A DNA stretch of 64,000 bases from Armatimonadota bacterium (GCA_029547025.1 JAKPQA010000085.1:6585-70584), one strand, 5' to 3'; counted from the first letter of the stretch, positions 29,697-39,382 are shown. The notes: a model not told the origin generated them from the sequence alone. Numbers and translations: made by a program.

Positions 29697-32018
29697 ATGC
29701 GGGGGCGTGACTGCACCATGGACACCACTGTGGGGTCGCCTGTGCCGAAGCGTGCGGGCCGGCTGATCTGGTTCCAGGCTGCCGGCGCTGTCGTGACCAG
29801 CATGGGCGCGTTCCTGGTACTGTGTCTGTGTGTGATCATCCCCTCGATGCGCGCCAGTCTGATCGACGGCAAGCGCGAAGCGATTGCAGACCACACCTCG
29901 GTGGCCGTGGCGATCCTGGCAGAGTCCTATGCCAAGGAGCGCGCTGGCAAAGCAACACGAGAGGAAGCTCAGCGCGATGCCCTCCGTGTTCTTCGAGGCT
30001 TACGGTACGGGGTCGACGGCAAGGACTATTTCTGGGTGAACAACCTCGAGCCCCGGGTGTTGATGCATCCCTATCGCACGGACCTCGAAGGCCAGTATGT
30101 AGGGGATTTCGTCGATCCCGCAGGCTGCTACGTGTTCCGAGAGGCAGCGGACACGGCCCGCAGGAGTGGCCAGGGCTTCATGGAGTACCACTGGCAGTGG
30201 ATGGATGATCCCCAACAGATCCGGCCCAAAGTGTCCCATGTGCGGTGGTTCGAGCCTTGGGGTTGGGTCGTGGGCACCGGCGTCTATCTTACCGACGTCG
30301 ACCGGCAGGCGAGCGCGCTGATGCGGCGCACCGTCGAGGCATCCGTGGTCGTCGGCTGTGTGCTTCTGCTGCTGTCGGGCCACCTGGCCCTGCTCGCGAC
30401 CGGCCGCGAACGCAAACGTACCGAGATGGAGGCAGCTCTGGTTCAGTCCGAGCGCCGGCTCGGTGAGATCGTCGCGTCCATCCCCGACGCGGTGGTGGTA
30501 AGCGACGCCAACCGGCGCGTGGTGACGTGGAACCGGGCCGCCGAGGAGATGACTGGAGTCGCGGCCACCGAGATCATCGGACAGCCCATCGAGCGGGTGG
30601 CCGTGGCCCTCTACGGTGAGCCGCGCCGCCTGCTGCTGGACGTGGCATGCGGCGACCCGATGGACGAGATCGGCGAGTGGGCCCATGTGCGCCAAGAGGG
30701 AGACCGCGTCGAGGGCTACGCGCGCTGCACGGGCTTGCCGAACGGCCCGCGGTGGCTCTACGCTGCGGCCTGTCCGTTGCGCGGAACCGACGGGGAGATC
30801 ACCGGGGCGATTGAGACGCTTCGGGATGTCACCGCCTGGCGGGAAGTGGAACGCGAGCGGAACGAGCTTCAGCATCAGCTCGACCGGGCCCAGAAGATGG
30901 ATGTCATGGGGCGATTGGCCGGTGGCGTCGCGCACGACTTCAACAACCTGCTGTGCCCAATCCTGGGCTGGGCGGAGCTGATCGCGCTGGACCCGGAGGC
31001 GTCCACCGTCTGCCGGGAGAGCGCGGCCCGGATCGCGGCCACGGCCGAGCGGGCGGCTGAGCTCACGCGCAAGCTTCTGGCCTTCGGCCGGCAGCAGGCG
31101 TTCGAGCGCGTTCCTCTGGACCTGAACCAGGTGGTCTCCGGGTTCGAGCCCATTATGCGCAGCGCGCTCCGGGAGGACACCGAGCTGTCCATCGTCCAGG
31201 ACCCGGGTCTCTGGCCGATACGGGGCAACGCGGGGCAGCTCGAACAGGTGCTGATGAACCTGATCGTAAACGCCCGTGACGCCATGCCCGGGGGCGGCAC
31301 GGTCCGTGTGACGACATCCAACCGGACGATCGGCGCGGAAGACCCCATGATCGGGCAGCGCATTGAGCCCGGCAGCTACGTCTGCCTGTCTGTCGAAGAC
31401 ACGGGCATCGGGATGGATGCGCAGACTCTCGAGAGGGCCTTCGAGCCGTTCTTCAGCACCAAGCCCTCGGGTCAGGGGACCGGCCTGGGCCTGGCGTCGG
31501 TGTACGGGATCGTCCGGGAACACGGCGGCCGTGTATGGGTGTACAGCGAGCCCGGCCATGGGACGACGTTCCGCATCCTGCTGCCTCGCACTACCCCAGC
31601 GGAGACCGTAGGGCCCGGCACTGAACTATCCGCCGTCAGTCTGACGGGTCACGAGACGGTGCTTGTGGTCGAGGATGAGGACACGGTTCGCGAGCTGGTT
31701 ACCGAGGTCCTGGCCATGTATGGGTACACGGTGTTGCCTGCCTCGAACGGGGTCGAGGCACTTGATCTGCTGCAGAGGGGCAACCATGTGGCCGACCTGG
31801 TGCTCACCGACGTGGTGATGCCGCTCATGAGCGGGCGGCAGCTGCGGGATCGCCTGGCGGAGGCCCAGCCGGACCTGCGCGTCGTGTTCATGTCCGGGTA
31901 TGCAGCCGATCTCACCGACGCGGCGATGGCGGGCCCAGGCGGCAGGCACCGTCTTCTCCTCAAGCCGTTCTCGACCACCGAGTTGCTGCGCGCCGTCCGC
32001 CAGAGCCTCGACGAGTAG
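29697..32018 (+). CDS. Hybrid sensor histidine kinase (single Cache_2, PAS, HisKA, HATPase, REC); start 29697 or 29718
   Basis: LRYGVDGKDYFWVN...MHP...WGWVVGTGVY (sCache_2), WNRAAEEMTG (PAS), GGVAHDFNNLL, NARDAM, DTGIG, GTGLGL, LVVEDE...TDVVMP...MSGY...KPF. Confidence 0.93.
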   Translation: MRGRDCTMDTTVGSPVPKRAGRLIWFQAAGAVVTSMGAFLVLCLCVIIPSMRASLIDGKREAIADHTSVAVAILAESYAKERAGKATREEAQRDALRVLRGLRYGVDGKDYFWVNNLEPRVLMHPYRTDLEGQYVGDFVDPAGCYVFREAADTARRSGQGFMEYHWQWMDDPQQIRPKVSHVRWFEPWGWVVGTGVYLTDVDRQASALMRRTVEASVVVGCVLLLLSGHLALLATGRERKRTEMEAALVQSERRLGEIVASIPDAVVVSDANRRVVTWNRAAEEMTGVAATEIIGQPIERVAVALYGEPRRLLLDVACGDPMDEIGEWAHVRQEGDRVEGYARCTGLPNGPRWLYAAACPLRGTDGEITGAIETLRDVTAWREVERERNELQHQLDRAQKMDVMGRLAGGVAHDFNNLLCPILGWAELIALDPEASTVCRESAARIAATAERAAELTRKLLAFGRQQAFERVPLDLNQVVSGFEPIMRSALREDTELSIVQDPGLWPIRGNAGQLEQVLMNLIVNARDAMPGGGTVRVTTSNRTIGAEDPMIGQRIEPGSYVCLSVEDTGIGMDAQTLERAFEPFFSTKPSGQGTGLGLASVYGIVREHGGRVWVYSEPGHGTTFRILLPRTTPAETVGPGTELSAVSLTGHETVLVVEDEDTVRELVTEVLAMYGYTVLPASNGVEALDLLQRGNHVADLVLTDVVMPLMSGRQLRDRLAEAQPDLRVVFMSGYAADLTDAAMAGPGGRHRLLLKPFSTTELLRAVRQSLDE

Positions 32019-32130
32019 GAACAGGGACTCGACTCCCCGAACCTGTCCCGATCGAGCGCTTGGGGCACCCGTTGGCCGCCCCCGCCGGGATGCCGGGGGA
32101 CGCGCTACGGTCCGAAGGGGGCGAAATCGC

Positions 32131-33162
32131 GTGCTTGCCGCCGTTCTCGAGGACTTCGGCCGCCTCGAGTTGAGGGAAGTGCCCGCGCCGGAGCCGGAGC
32201 CCGGCGAGGTCGTGGTCCGGATCCACTCATGCGGCTTCTGTGCGACCGACTACAAGGCCATTCGAGGACTCCGCCGCAATGTGACCTTCCCCTTCATCCC
32301 TGGACACGAACCTGCGGGCGTGGTCTCGGCGGTGGGGACGGGAGTGACGGGGTTCGCGGAGGGCGACGAGGTCATCATCATGCCCTCGGGCTACTGTGGC
32401 GTGTGCTCGCAGTGCCGGGTGGGGCGCACACACTACTGCGAGCGGTGCTTCACGACGGGGGGCGATGGCCCCGACGATGTGCGTCCGGGTGCGTTCGCGG
32501 AGTACATGAAGACCAGCGCCACCTGCTTGTTCCGGAAACCCGCTGGTGTCCCGTTCGACACGGCGGCCCTGACGGAACCACTCTCGGGGGCGTGGAAGGG
32601 GATGATCCAGTACAGCGAGATGACCGTTGGTGACGACGTCGTCGTCATCGGCGTGGGCGGCATCGGCCTCCTGTGCCTGATGGTCGCCCGAGCAGCGGGC
32701 GCGGGCCGTCTGATCGCCATCGACCCCAGCGCGTATGCCCGCACCAATGCCCTCGCCCTGGGTGCGACGCACGCGGTGGATCCTTCGGCCGGTGATGCCA
32801 GGGAGCAGGTACACGGGATTCTGCCCGAGGGGCCAGACCTGGTGGTGGAAGCGGCGGGCCCGATTGAGGCCGTGCGACTTATGGTTGACCTGCGGCGGCG
32901 CGGCACGCGCTGGAACGTCTTTGGGATCACCACCCACGAGTCGTTCGAGCTCGATGGAGGCCTCACCCATTTCCTCGAGGGGCGCATGGATGCCAGTTTC
33001 GGTACCACGCCCCTGGCGATGCAGAAGGCCATCCGGCTCATGGAGACGGGCCTGGTGGATCCCGGCAACATCATCTCGCACCGTTTCCCCCTCTCGGCCA
33101 TCCACGACGCCGTCGACACCATGGGCCAGCCCGAGCGGAACAAGGTGATCATCAATCCATGA
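32131..33162 (+). CDS. Zn-dependent medium-chain dehydrogenase (sorbitol/threonine dehydrogenase-like)
   Basis: CGFCATD, GHE, structural Zn motif CGVCSQC-X7-C, GVGGIG. GTG start. Confidence 0.92.
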   Translation: MLAAVLEDFGRLELREVPAPEPEPGEVVVRIHSCGFCATDYKAIRGLRRNVTFPFIPGHEPAGVVSAVGTGVTGFAEGDEVIIMPSGYCGVCSQCRVGRTHYCERCFTTGGDGPDDVRPGAFAEYMKTSATCLFRKPAGVPFDTAALTEPLSGAWKGMIQYSEMTVGDDVVVIGVGGIGLLCLMVARAAGAGRLIAIDPSAYARTNALALGATHAVDPSAGDAREQVHGILPEGPDLVVEAAGPIEAVRLMVDLRRRGTRWNVFGITTHESFELDGGLTHFLEGRMDASFGTTPLAMQKAIRLMETGLVDPGNIISHRFPLSAIHDAVDTMGQPERNKVIINP

Positions 33163-34151
33163 GGGCCATCGTGAACACGGGGCCGGGCACACTCGACTGG
33201 CTCGAGTGGCCCGACCCAACATGCGGACCCGGGCAGGTCAGGATCCGAGTTCACGCCTGCGGTATCTGCGCCACCGACCTCGAGATGATCCGTGGCTGGG
33301 AGCGTACCGGCTACCCTTCGATCCCGGGTCACGAGTGGTCGGGGGTGATCGACCAGGTGGGCAACGGCGTCGATCCTCAGCTGGTCGGACGGCCGTGTGT
33401 GGCGGAGAACGTGTTGGCGGACGGTGGCGAGGTCGGCTTCGAGCATCCGGGCGGCTATGCCGAGTACCTTGTGACCGAGGCGGCCAATACGCAGGTGCTA
33501 CCCGAGACGTTCGACGCCGGCTCTGCGGCCCTCATCGAGCCGTTGGCCGTGTGCGTCCGCGCCATGCGACGCGCCCGGTGCATGCCTCTGCGGCCAGACG
33601 GGCCCGCGGAGCTCCCCCCTCGGTGCCTGGTACTGGGCGATGGCCCGATCGGCCTGCTGACGGTGATGCTGCTGCGGCGATGTGGGACCCCGGACATCAC
33701 GATGGTGGGCGGACGCCCGGCACGGCTGAATCTGGCCCGGGAGTTCGGCGCTGCCGACACCCTGAACTACCACGAGCTGCATGGCGAACTGAAGGAGGCA
33801 CTGGGTCGGGACTGGCCGATGGTGGTCGAGGCCTCGGGCTCCGCCAGTTCGATCGAGGCAGCGCTGCTCGTGACCCGTTTGGGCGGGAGGGTGCTCATGG
33901 TCGGCGACTACGGTGACGCCCGCGCCGCCTTCCGCTGGAATCGGTTCATCCACGGCGAACTCGAGCTGATCGGCAGCAACGCCAGTGCTGGCGCCTGGCC
34001 CGAGGCGGTCCGGCTCGCCGTCGATGAGGGGTTGCCACTGGGCCGCCTGATCTCCGCCCGCGTCGCGGCGGCGCGTTTCGCAGACGCCATCGGCATGGCC
34101 GAGGCCGACCGCGCGTGCGTCAAGGTCATTCTCGACTGGACGGCAGCCTGA
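33159..34151 (+). CDS. Zn-dependent medium-chain dehydrogenase lacking the structural-Zn lobe
   Basis: CGICATD, GHE, LIEPLA, GDGPIG. ATGA overlap with the preceding gene. Confidence 0.88.
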   Translation: MRAIVNTGPGTLDWLEWPDPTCGPGQVRIRVHACGICATDLEMIRGWERTGYPSIPGHEWSGVIDQVGNGVDPQLVGRPCVAENVLADGGEVGFEHPGGYAEYLVTEAANTQVLPETFDAGSAALIEPLAVCVRAMRRARCMPLRPDGPAELPPRCLVLGDGPIGLLTVMLLRRCGTPDITMVGGRPARLNLAREFGAADTLNYHELHGELKEALGRDWPMVVEASGSASSIEAALLVTRLGGRVLMVGDYGDARAAFRWNRFIHGELELIGSNASAGAWPEAVRLAVDEGLPLGRLISARVAAARFADAIGMAEADRACVKVILDWTAA

Positions 34152-34226
34152 GGCTCGCCCCCATGCGTGGAGGTGTCTGGCCGTACCGGCGCTCACGGGC
34201 CAAGCATTCGCGCGGCAGGGACTGGT

Positions 34227-34272
34227 CGGCGGGTTCACCAGCCGCCCCGGGCCCGGCGGGTTCATCAGCCGC
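34227..34272. repeat. Tandem pair of 19-bp REP-like palindromic units
   Basis: CGGCGGGTTCACCAGCCGC (34227-34245) and CGGCGGGTTCATCAGCCGC (34254-34272), between convergent genes. Confidence 0.6.
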
Positions 34273-34292
34273 TGCGCCTCTGGGCGCCACCG

Positions 34293-35681
34293 TCAGTCGC
34301 GCCGAACCAAGCGCAACGCGATGTCCTCCTCGTACGCGGGAGAGGATAGCGCCAACTCGCCACCCGGGTGGTCCAGCTCCGGTCCCCGGATAGTCTCCCC
34401 GGTTCTGGGATTGACCCACTCGGCCACATAGCGCCCTGTGGGGGCCTCCAGGCGAATGCCCACCTGGGTGCCGCCCTCGACGTACACCGCGAAGGCCCGG
34501 CCTGGCTCAACGAGGGCGCGGCACGAGACGCCCCCGGTGCTCGAGCGGACCGTGTCAGTCGACGGGGCCATCCGCACGAAGTCGAAGCTCTCGATGAAGC
34601 GCTTGAGGACCCCCATCTGGTGACGGAATGCCCGCCCGCCCCCGCCCGGCTGCCCCTCGGGCAGCGGGAAGGTCCCGTCCTCATGCTGGGCGGTGAAGGA
34701 GTAGTCCAGGTGGTCGAACACCGCCCCACCGGCCATAAGGAAGTGCCAAGCCTCGGCGCGGTATGGCCGATCGGCGGTGCCCCGGAAACCGGTCTCGTCG
34801 TCAGCGATGACGCGTCCCAGATGATAGTTCCGCGTCACAGCGTCCGGCGGCGCCGCGTAGTGGAAGTTCAGGATGGAGATGGCGGGGTGCGGTGTGTCGA
34901 CGAGGGCAGATCCGTTCGCGATGTTCTGGGCGATCAGGTGCCGATGAGGGCGCGCGGTTTCGGCCTCCCAGATCACATCGGCGATGCGGTGCTGCCACGG
35001 AAGGGTCACGCCTCCGAAATAGGGCTCGTTGCAGATCTCATAGTAGACGTTGTCGAAACCGGCCAGCTCATGGACGATGCGGCGCACCATGGCTTCCTGA
35101 ACGCGCTGGAGACCCGAGTCGCGCAGGGTGTAGACCTCCTCACGTGCCATGTCCCCGACACCGTTGACGTTGTTCGTCGCCTTCAGGGGACTCAGATCCC
35201 ACTGCTCGTCACCGTAGAACGGACAGAACAACACCAGTTCGACCACAATGCCCCGCTCACCGGCTTGGCGGCAGAAGTCAGTCAGGCGAGAGAAGTAGGC
35301 CGCGTCCCATGCCTCCAGGTCGAACTTGTTGCCGCCCCCCGCATAGCCCGGCTGGTCGCTGCGAGCCCAGGGAGTGATCAGGCGGCCTTCGGCCGGGGCC
35401 AGCGTGTTCTCGCGGATGCCGAAAGCCCCGTGATGCTCCATGTAGGCCCCCGAGAACGTGCGGGTCAGGTTGAGCCCCTCGCGACGCAGCTCGTCCAGAT
35501 AGGGCACGTAATCGAAGTCGAGGTTCAGCACCGCGCCGTAGTGTTCACCTGACGTGACCAACACGGAGGGCTCGCCCCGGAAGAGGAAGTAATGTGGGTT
35601 GTCCGGATGGAGACAGATGGGCGCGCTCAAGGCCGAGACGGGGCCCAGAGCGGCCAGGAGGACTGCGGGAGCAGTGGCCAT
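34293..35681 (-). CDS. Secreted GH5-like (clan GH-A) hydrolase with a C-terminal beta-sandwich domain
   Basis: HPDNPHYF, YEICNEP acid/base motif, DDETG nucleophile-like motif, EWVNPRTG. GGAGG RBS and signal peptide. Confidence 0.75.
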   Translation of the reverse strand: MATAPAVLLAALGPVSALSAPICLHPDNPHYFLFRGEPSVLVTSGEHYGAVLNLDFDYVPYLDELRREGLNLTRTFSGAYMEHHGAFGIRENTLAPAEGRLITPWARSDQPGYAGGGNKFDLEAWDAAYFSRLTDFCRQAGERGIVVELVLFCPFYGDEQWDLSPLKATNNVNGVGDMAREEVYTLRDSGLQRVQEAMVRRIVHELAGFDNVYYEICNEPYFGGVTLPWQHRIADVIWEAETARPHRHLIAQNIANGSALVDTPHPAISILNFHYAAPPDAVTRNYHLGRVIADDETGFRGTADRPYRAEAWHFLMAGGAVFDHLDYSFTAQHEDGTFPLPEGQPGGGGRAFRHQMGVLKRFIESFDFVRMAPSTDTVRSSTGGVSCRALVEPGRAFAVYVEGGTQVGIRLEAPTGRYVAEWVNPRTGETIRGPELDHPGGELALSSPAYEEDIALRLVRRD

Positions 35682-35806
35682 CGCGTGGTCCCTCCGTACC
35701 GGGTGGTGCGGCATCGGCCGCTGGCCAGGTGGCTGGGCTCGTTCGCCGCGGGCCACTGGACACCTGCGCGTTGCTGCCGAGCCAGACCGCGGATGAGGTG
35801 CACGCC

Positions 35807-37240
35807 ATGTGCGGAGAAGGCCATAGGCTGGCCGGCGGCGCGATGCTCACTGATCGCGAGCTCGAGGGTGTTCTCGACTTGGCTCTCGATGTGATCTCGC
35901 GGATCGGCCTGGAGATCCATGACCATGAACTCCGCGAGGTGGCGGCACGCGGGCTCGGGGTGCCCAACGGCCCTCGGCTCACGGCCACCCGCAGTCAGGC
36001 AGAAGCGTACCTGGCCTCGTGGCGCCGGCGTGTGGACATGAGGAAGTCGACCGAGGCGACCGGAACCGCCGGCGAAGCGCCACGCCTCGGGCTGGGCGTG
36101 ATGCCCTACAGCCACACGTATCTGGACCCCCGTACGAACCGCCACGTCCCGCTCACCGGGGTGCGACTCATCGAGGCCACCCGCTTCCTGTCCACGTTTC
36201 CCGGCGACCAGCTTACCTCGTCGGTACCTGGGCACCCCGTCGATGTACCGGCTGCGTTGCAGTCGCTCTTCCAGTACAAGACGGGAGCCCAGTACAACCC
36301 TCAGGGCGGCGGGTACGGCTGGCTCGGTCCCCCAAGAGTTGCCGAGTATGTGCTGCGCATGGCCGAGGAGGTGGGGCACCCGATCACCGCCACAGTAGTC
36401 TACGTCGACTCCCCGCTGCGACTCGGAGGCCACGAGCTTCGCACGGCGTATGAGCTGCGGCACCGTTTCGCCGAGGTGCATGTCGGGAACATGGGGAGCT
36501 GTGGCGCGACGCTCCCGCTCCACCCGCGAACGGCCCTCGCCCTCTCGTGGGCAGAAGCCATACTCGCGGGCCTCTGCGTCGAGTTCCTGACCGGATTGCC
36601 GACCGACTGGGGAGGAACGCTCGAGCCATTTGACCTTCGTGCGCAGACGATCCCCTTCGGCGCGCCGGAGCAGGCCCTGTACTACCAGATGGGACGGGAA
36701 GCCTCAGCTTGGCTGACCGGCAATAGGCCGCACGCCGGCCATGCGCCCCTGCTCACCATGGCGAAAGTGCCGGGCGCGCAGGCGGCGCTCGAGAAGGGCA
36801 TGTCGGCCGCTCTTGGTGTCGCCCGGGGCTGCACCTCACTGGGCGCCGCGGGTAGTCTGAGTGCGGACGAGGTATTCAGTCCGGCTCAGGTGGTCCTCGA
36901 TCTGGAGCTTCGCGACTGGCTGGAGCGGTTCGCGGCCGGCATTTGCCGGCCTGAGGACGAGCCCGCGGACCCGCTCAAGGCCATCCGCGAGGCATTGTCC
37001 GGCCGAGGGTTCGCCGCGGCTGACGCGACACTCGACAGCTATGCGGCGCTATCGTGGTTCCCCCGACACCTGCGCCGTGAGATGCTGGACCGGTGGCGGG
37101 ACCTCGGTTCGCCTTCGGCAGAGGAAACGGCGCGGGAGGAAGCCATCGAGCGGATCGAAGGGGCCCAATGGACACTCCCGGAGCCGCTGTTTGGGGCGCT
37201 CGAAGCCATCTATGCCGAGGCGGCCGCGTGTCTCGGGTAA
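35807..37240 (+). CDS. Trimethylamine methyltransferase MttB superfamily protein, non-pyrrolysine (start 35807 or 35843)
   Basis: LTDRELEGV...ALDVISRIGL N-terminus, SPLRL, GATLP, FDLR...FGAPE, AKVPGAQAALEK, AAGSL...FSPAQVVLDLE. No in-frame TAG. Confidence 0.8.
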   Translation: MCGEGHRLAGGAMLTDRELEGVLDLALDVISRIGLEIHDHELREVAARGLGVPNGPRLTATRSQAEAYLASWRRRVDMRKSTEATGTAGEAPRLGLGVMPYSHTYLDPRTNRHVPLTGVRLIEATRFLSTFPGDQLTSSVPGHPVDVPAALQSLFQYKTGAQYNPQGGGYGWLGPPRVAEYVLRMAEEVGHPITATVVYVDSPLRLGGHELRTAYELRHRFAEVHVGNMGSCGATLPLHPRTALALSWAEAILAGLCVEFLTGLPTDWGGTLEPFDLRAQTIPFGAPEQALYYQMGREASAWLTGNRPHAGHAPLLTMAKVPGAQAALEKGMSAALGVARGCTSLGAAGSLSADEVFSPAQVVLDLELRDWLERFAAGICRPEDEPADPLKAIREALSGRGFAAADATLDSYAALSWFPRHLRREMLDRWRDLGSPSAEETAREEAIERIEGAQWTLPEPLFGALEAIYAEAAACLG

Positions 37241-37409
37241 GGCGGCGCCGCCGTCCCCAAGGCGGAACCTGTCTGCGCAGAGGAGAGCGGCGCCGGGTCC
37301 CCGAATGCCTTGATGGGGTGAACGTCTCGACCCCGATGGTCACCCGCCGTGCCGCTGATCCCTCCCGGGCGCGGGTGGCGAGGCTTCCGGGCTCAGGAGG
37401 TTGGCGAGC

Positions 37410-38081
37410 ATGCGTCTCAGCAAGGGAGCCATAGTGGCTCTCATCGTCGGGCTGGTCGTCGTGGTTCTCGTGACCTACTTCACTGCCGAGATTCAGAACT
37501 TCGTGGCACTGAAGGCGTGGAGCAAAGGGGCGACGCGGGCAGTAGCGGCTCGGGTCGTCGACGCGATCCAGAACCGGGATGCGGCAGCCATCCAGGAGTT
37601 CTGCGGAGGCCCCGTGAAGCCGACGGAGGCCGACGGCAAACTGGTGGCGCTCGGTATCACCGGTGGCATGGCGCCCCCGCCCGTCCCGGTCGAGAACCTG
37701 ACACCGGTCGAGGGCGTCGACAAGGCACGGATCGCGTTCCAGATTCGTCCGCCCCACGGCACCGCCACAGTTACGATGGCGGGACCGAACGGCAGCCAGA
37801 TCGTGCTGACCCTCAAGCCCGAGAAGGGGAAGTGGAATCTCGTGATGGTCTCCTCCTCGGTCCGGGCCCAGAATGCAGCCGCGGGGAAGACGGTGGGGCC
37901 CGGCGCGCAGAAGGGTGCCGGGAAGGCGCCGGGCGGTTCCGGAGGCCCCGGAGGCACGAGCAAGGGAGCCGGAGCCAAAGGACTGGGATCCAAGGGCCCC
38001 GGGGCTATCGGCTCTCCCGTGGGCGGCGGGAGCCCCAAAGGCGTACCCCGTGCGGCGCCCACCGAGGCGCCCGCGACATAG
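37410..38081 (+). CDS. Membrane-anchored hypothetical protein, tandem paralogue 1
   Basis: AGGAGG RBS. MRLSKGA plus a TM helix. About 149-aa core shared with the next two ORFs and a G/P/K-rich tail. Confidence 0.85.
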   Translation: MRLSKGAIVALIVGLVVVVLVTYFTAEIQNFVALKAWSKGATRAVAARVVDAIQNRDAAAIQEFCGGPVKPTEADGKLVALGITGGMAPPPVPVENLTPVEGVDKARIAFQIRPPHGTATVTMAGPNGSQIVLTLKPEKGKWNLVMVSSSVRAQNAAAGKTVGPGAQKGAGKAPGGSGGPGGTSKGAGAKGLGSKGPGAIGSPVGGGSPKGVPRAAPTEAPAT

Positions 38082-38142
38082 CTAGCTGGGGGCCGAACAG
38101 TCCATGTGAGGTTCTCCATTCCCATACCCGAAGGGTGATCCC

Positions 38143-38685
38143 ATGCGCATCAGCAAGGGCGCCGTCGCGGTTCTTGTGATCGGCATCGTGGCGGTGATTC
38201 TGGGCACGTACTTCGCCGGTGAGATCCAGAACTTCGTGGCCCTGCGCGCATGGAGCACCGGGGCCGCACGCGCCGCCGCCGGCCGACTGGTTGAGGCGAT
38301 GAAGAACCGGGACCTCGAGACGGTCAAGGGCTTGTGCGGTCCGGATGTCAAAGTGGGGGAAGCCGAAGGCCAGCTTACGGGTATCGGACAGGCTGGACCC
38401 ATGGCGCCGCCACCGATTCCCATCGACCTGCTGCTCCCGAGTGAGAGTGTGGATCAGGCCACGATATCCTTCGACATTCCGCCGCCCCGGGGCACGGCAC
38501 TGGTCACCATCGCTGGGCCCGAGGGACGGACGATCAAGTACCACCTGAAGCCCACCAAGGGCAAGTGGCTGCTCGTGGGCGTCAGCTCTGCGATGACCGG
38601 CACCGCGGGGGGCGGAGCCAGCGCGGCTTCTACCGGCCCCAAGTCGTCGCCAAACAGCAAGAGCAACCCGCGGCCCGGATCGTGA
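38143..38685 (+). CDS. Membrane-anchored hypothetical protein, tandem paralogue 2
   Basis: MRISKGA plus a TM helix. Aligns gap-free with its neighbours. Confidence 0.85.
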   Translation: MRISKGAVAVLVIGIVAVILGTYFAGEIQNFVALRAWSTGAARAAAGRLVEAMKNRDLETVKGLCGPDVKVGEAEGQLTGIGQAGPMAPPPIPIDLLLPSESVDQATISFDIPPPRGTALVTIAGPEGRTIKYHLKPTKGKWLLVGVSSAMTGTAGGGASAASTGPKSSPNSKSNPRPGS

Positions 38686-38716
38686 CACCGTCCGCGCGCA
38701 ACGGGAGATGAGTCGG

Positions 38717-39349
38717 ATGCGGGTCAGCAAAGGGGCCGTCGTCGCATTGGCGGTCGGCCTCGTGGTTGTCGTCCTTGTTACCTACTTCGCCGACGAGGTT
38801 CGCAACTTCTTCTCCCTGGGTGCGTGGAGCACGAGCCGGGCTCGAGCGGCGACCGCTCGGGTCATCGAGGTGATTCGGGATCGCGACTTCGCAGCCGCGC
38901 AGGCCCTCTGCGGGCGCCAGGTCAGAGCCGCTGAGACCGACGGCAAGCTCAGCGGGTTGGGCATGGCCGGTCCCATGACTCCACCGCCGATCCCCATTGA
39001 GCTGCTCACCCCAACTGCGAACGCAGATCAGGCGAAGATCACGTTCCAGCTCGCGGCCATGATGGGCACGGCCACGGCAGAGCTCCCGGGCCCCGACGGC
39101 TCCAGGATCCGCTTGGTGCTCAAGCGTCCCCAGGGGAAGTGGCTTCTGGTCGGTGTAACGACCACGGGGACCTACCTCCCGGCGCCGGGCAAGGGGGGCG
39201 AGGGGAGCAGGTCGCCCAAGAGCCCGACTGCCGAGAGCGGCCGGCCGAAGGGACCAGGCGAGGCTGGGCCACCGGTAGACGCGACGCACACGCCAGAGGC
39301 CGCGCCGTCGAAGGCGAAGGGCCTGCCGGGAGCCGGACCCGCGACGTAG
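38717..39349 (+). CDS. Membrane-anchored hypothetical protein, tandem paralogue 3 (start 38717 or 38708)
   Basis: MRVSKGA plus a TM helix. Aligns gap-free with its neighbours. Confidence 0.85.
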   Translation: MRVSKGAVVALAVGLVVVVLVTYFADEVRNFFSLGAWSTSRARAATARVIEVIRDRDFAAAQALCGRQVRAAETDGKLSGLGMAGPMTPPPIPIELLTPTANADQAKITFQLAAMMGTATAELPGPDGSRIRLVLKRPQGKWLLVGVTTTGTYLPAPGKGGEGSRSPKSPTAESGRPKGPGEAGPPVDATHTPEAAPSKAKGLPGAGPAT

Positions 39350-39382
39350 CCCGGGCGGGTTCATTCGCGAGTGATGCCCTTC

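Noticed and set aside
35807..37240. Pyrrolysine recoding in the MttB-like gene
   Set aside because: The reading frame is uninterrupted and ends in TAA. No in-frame TAG and no pyl genes are present.
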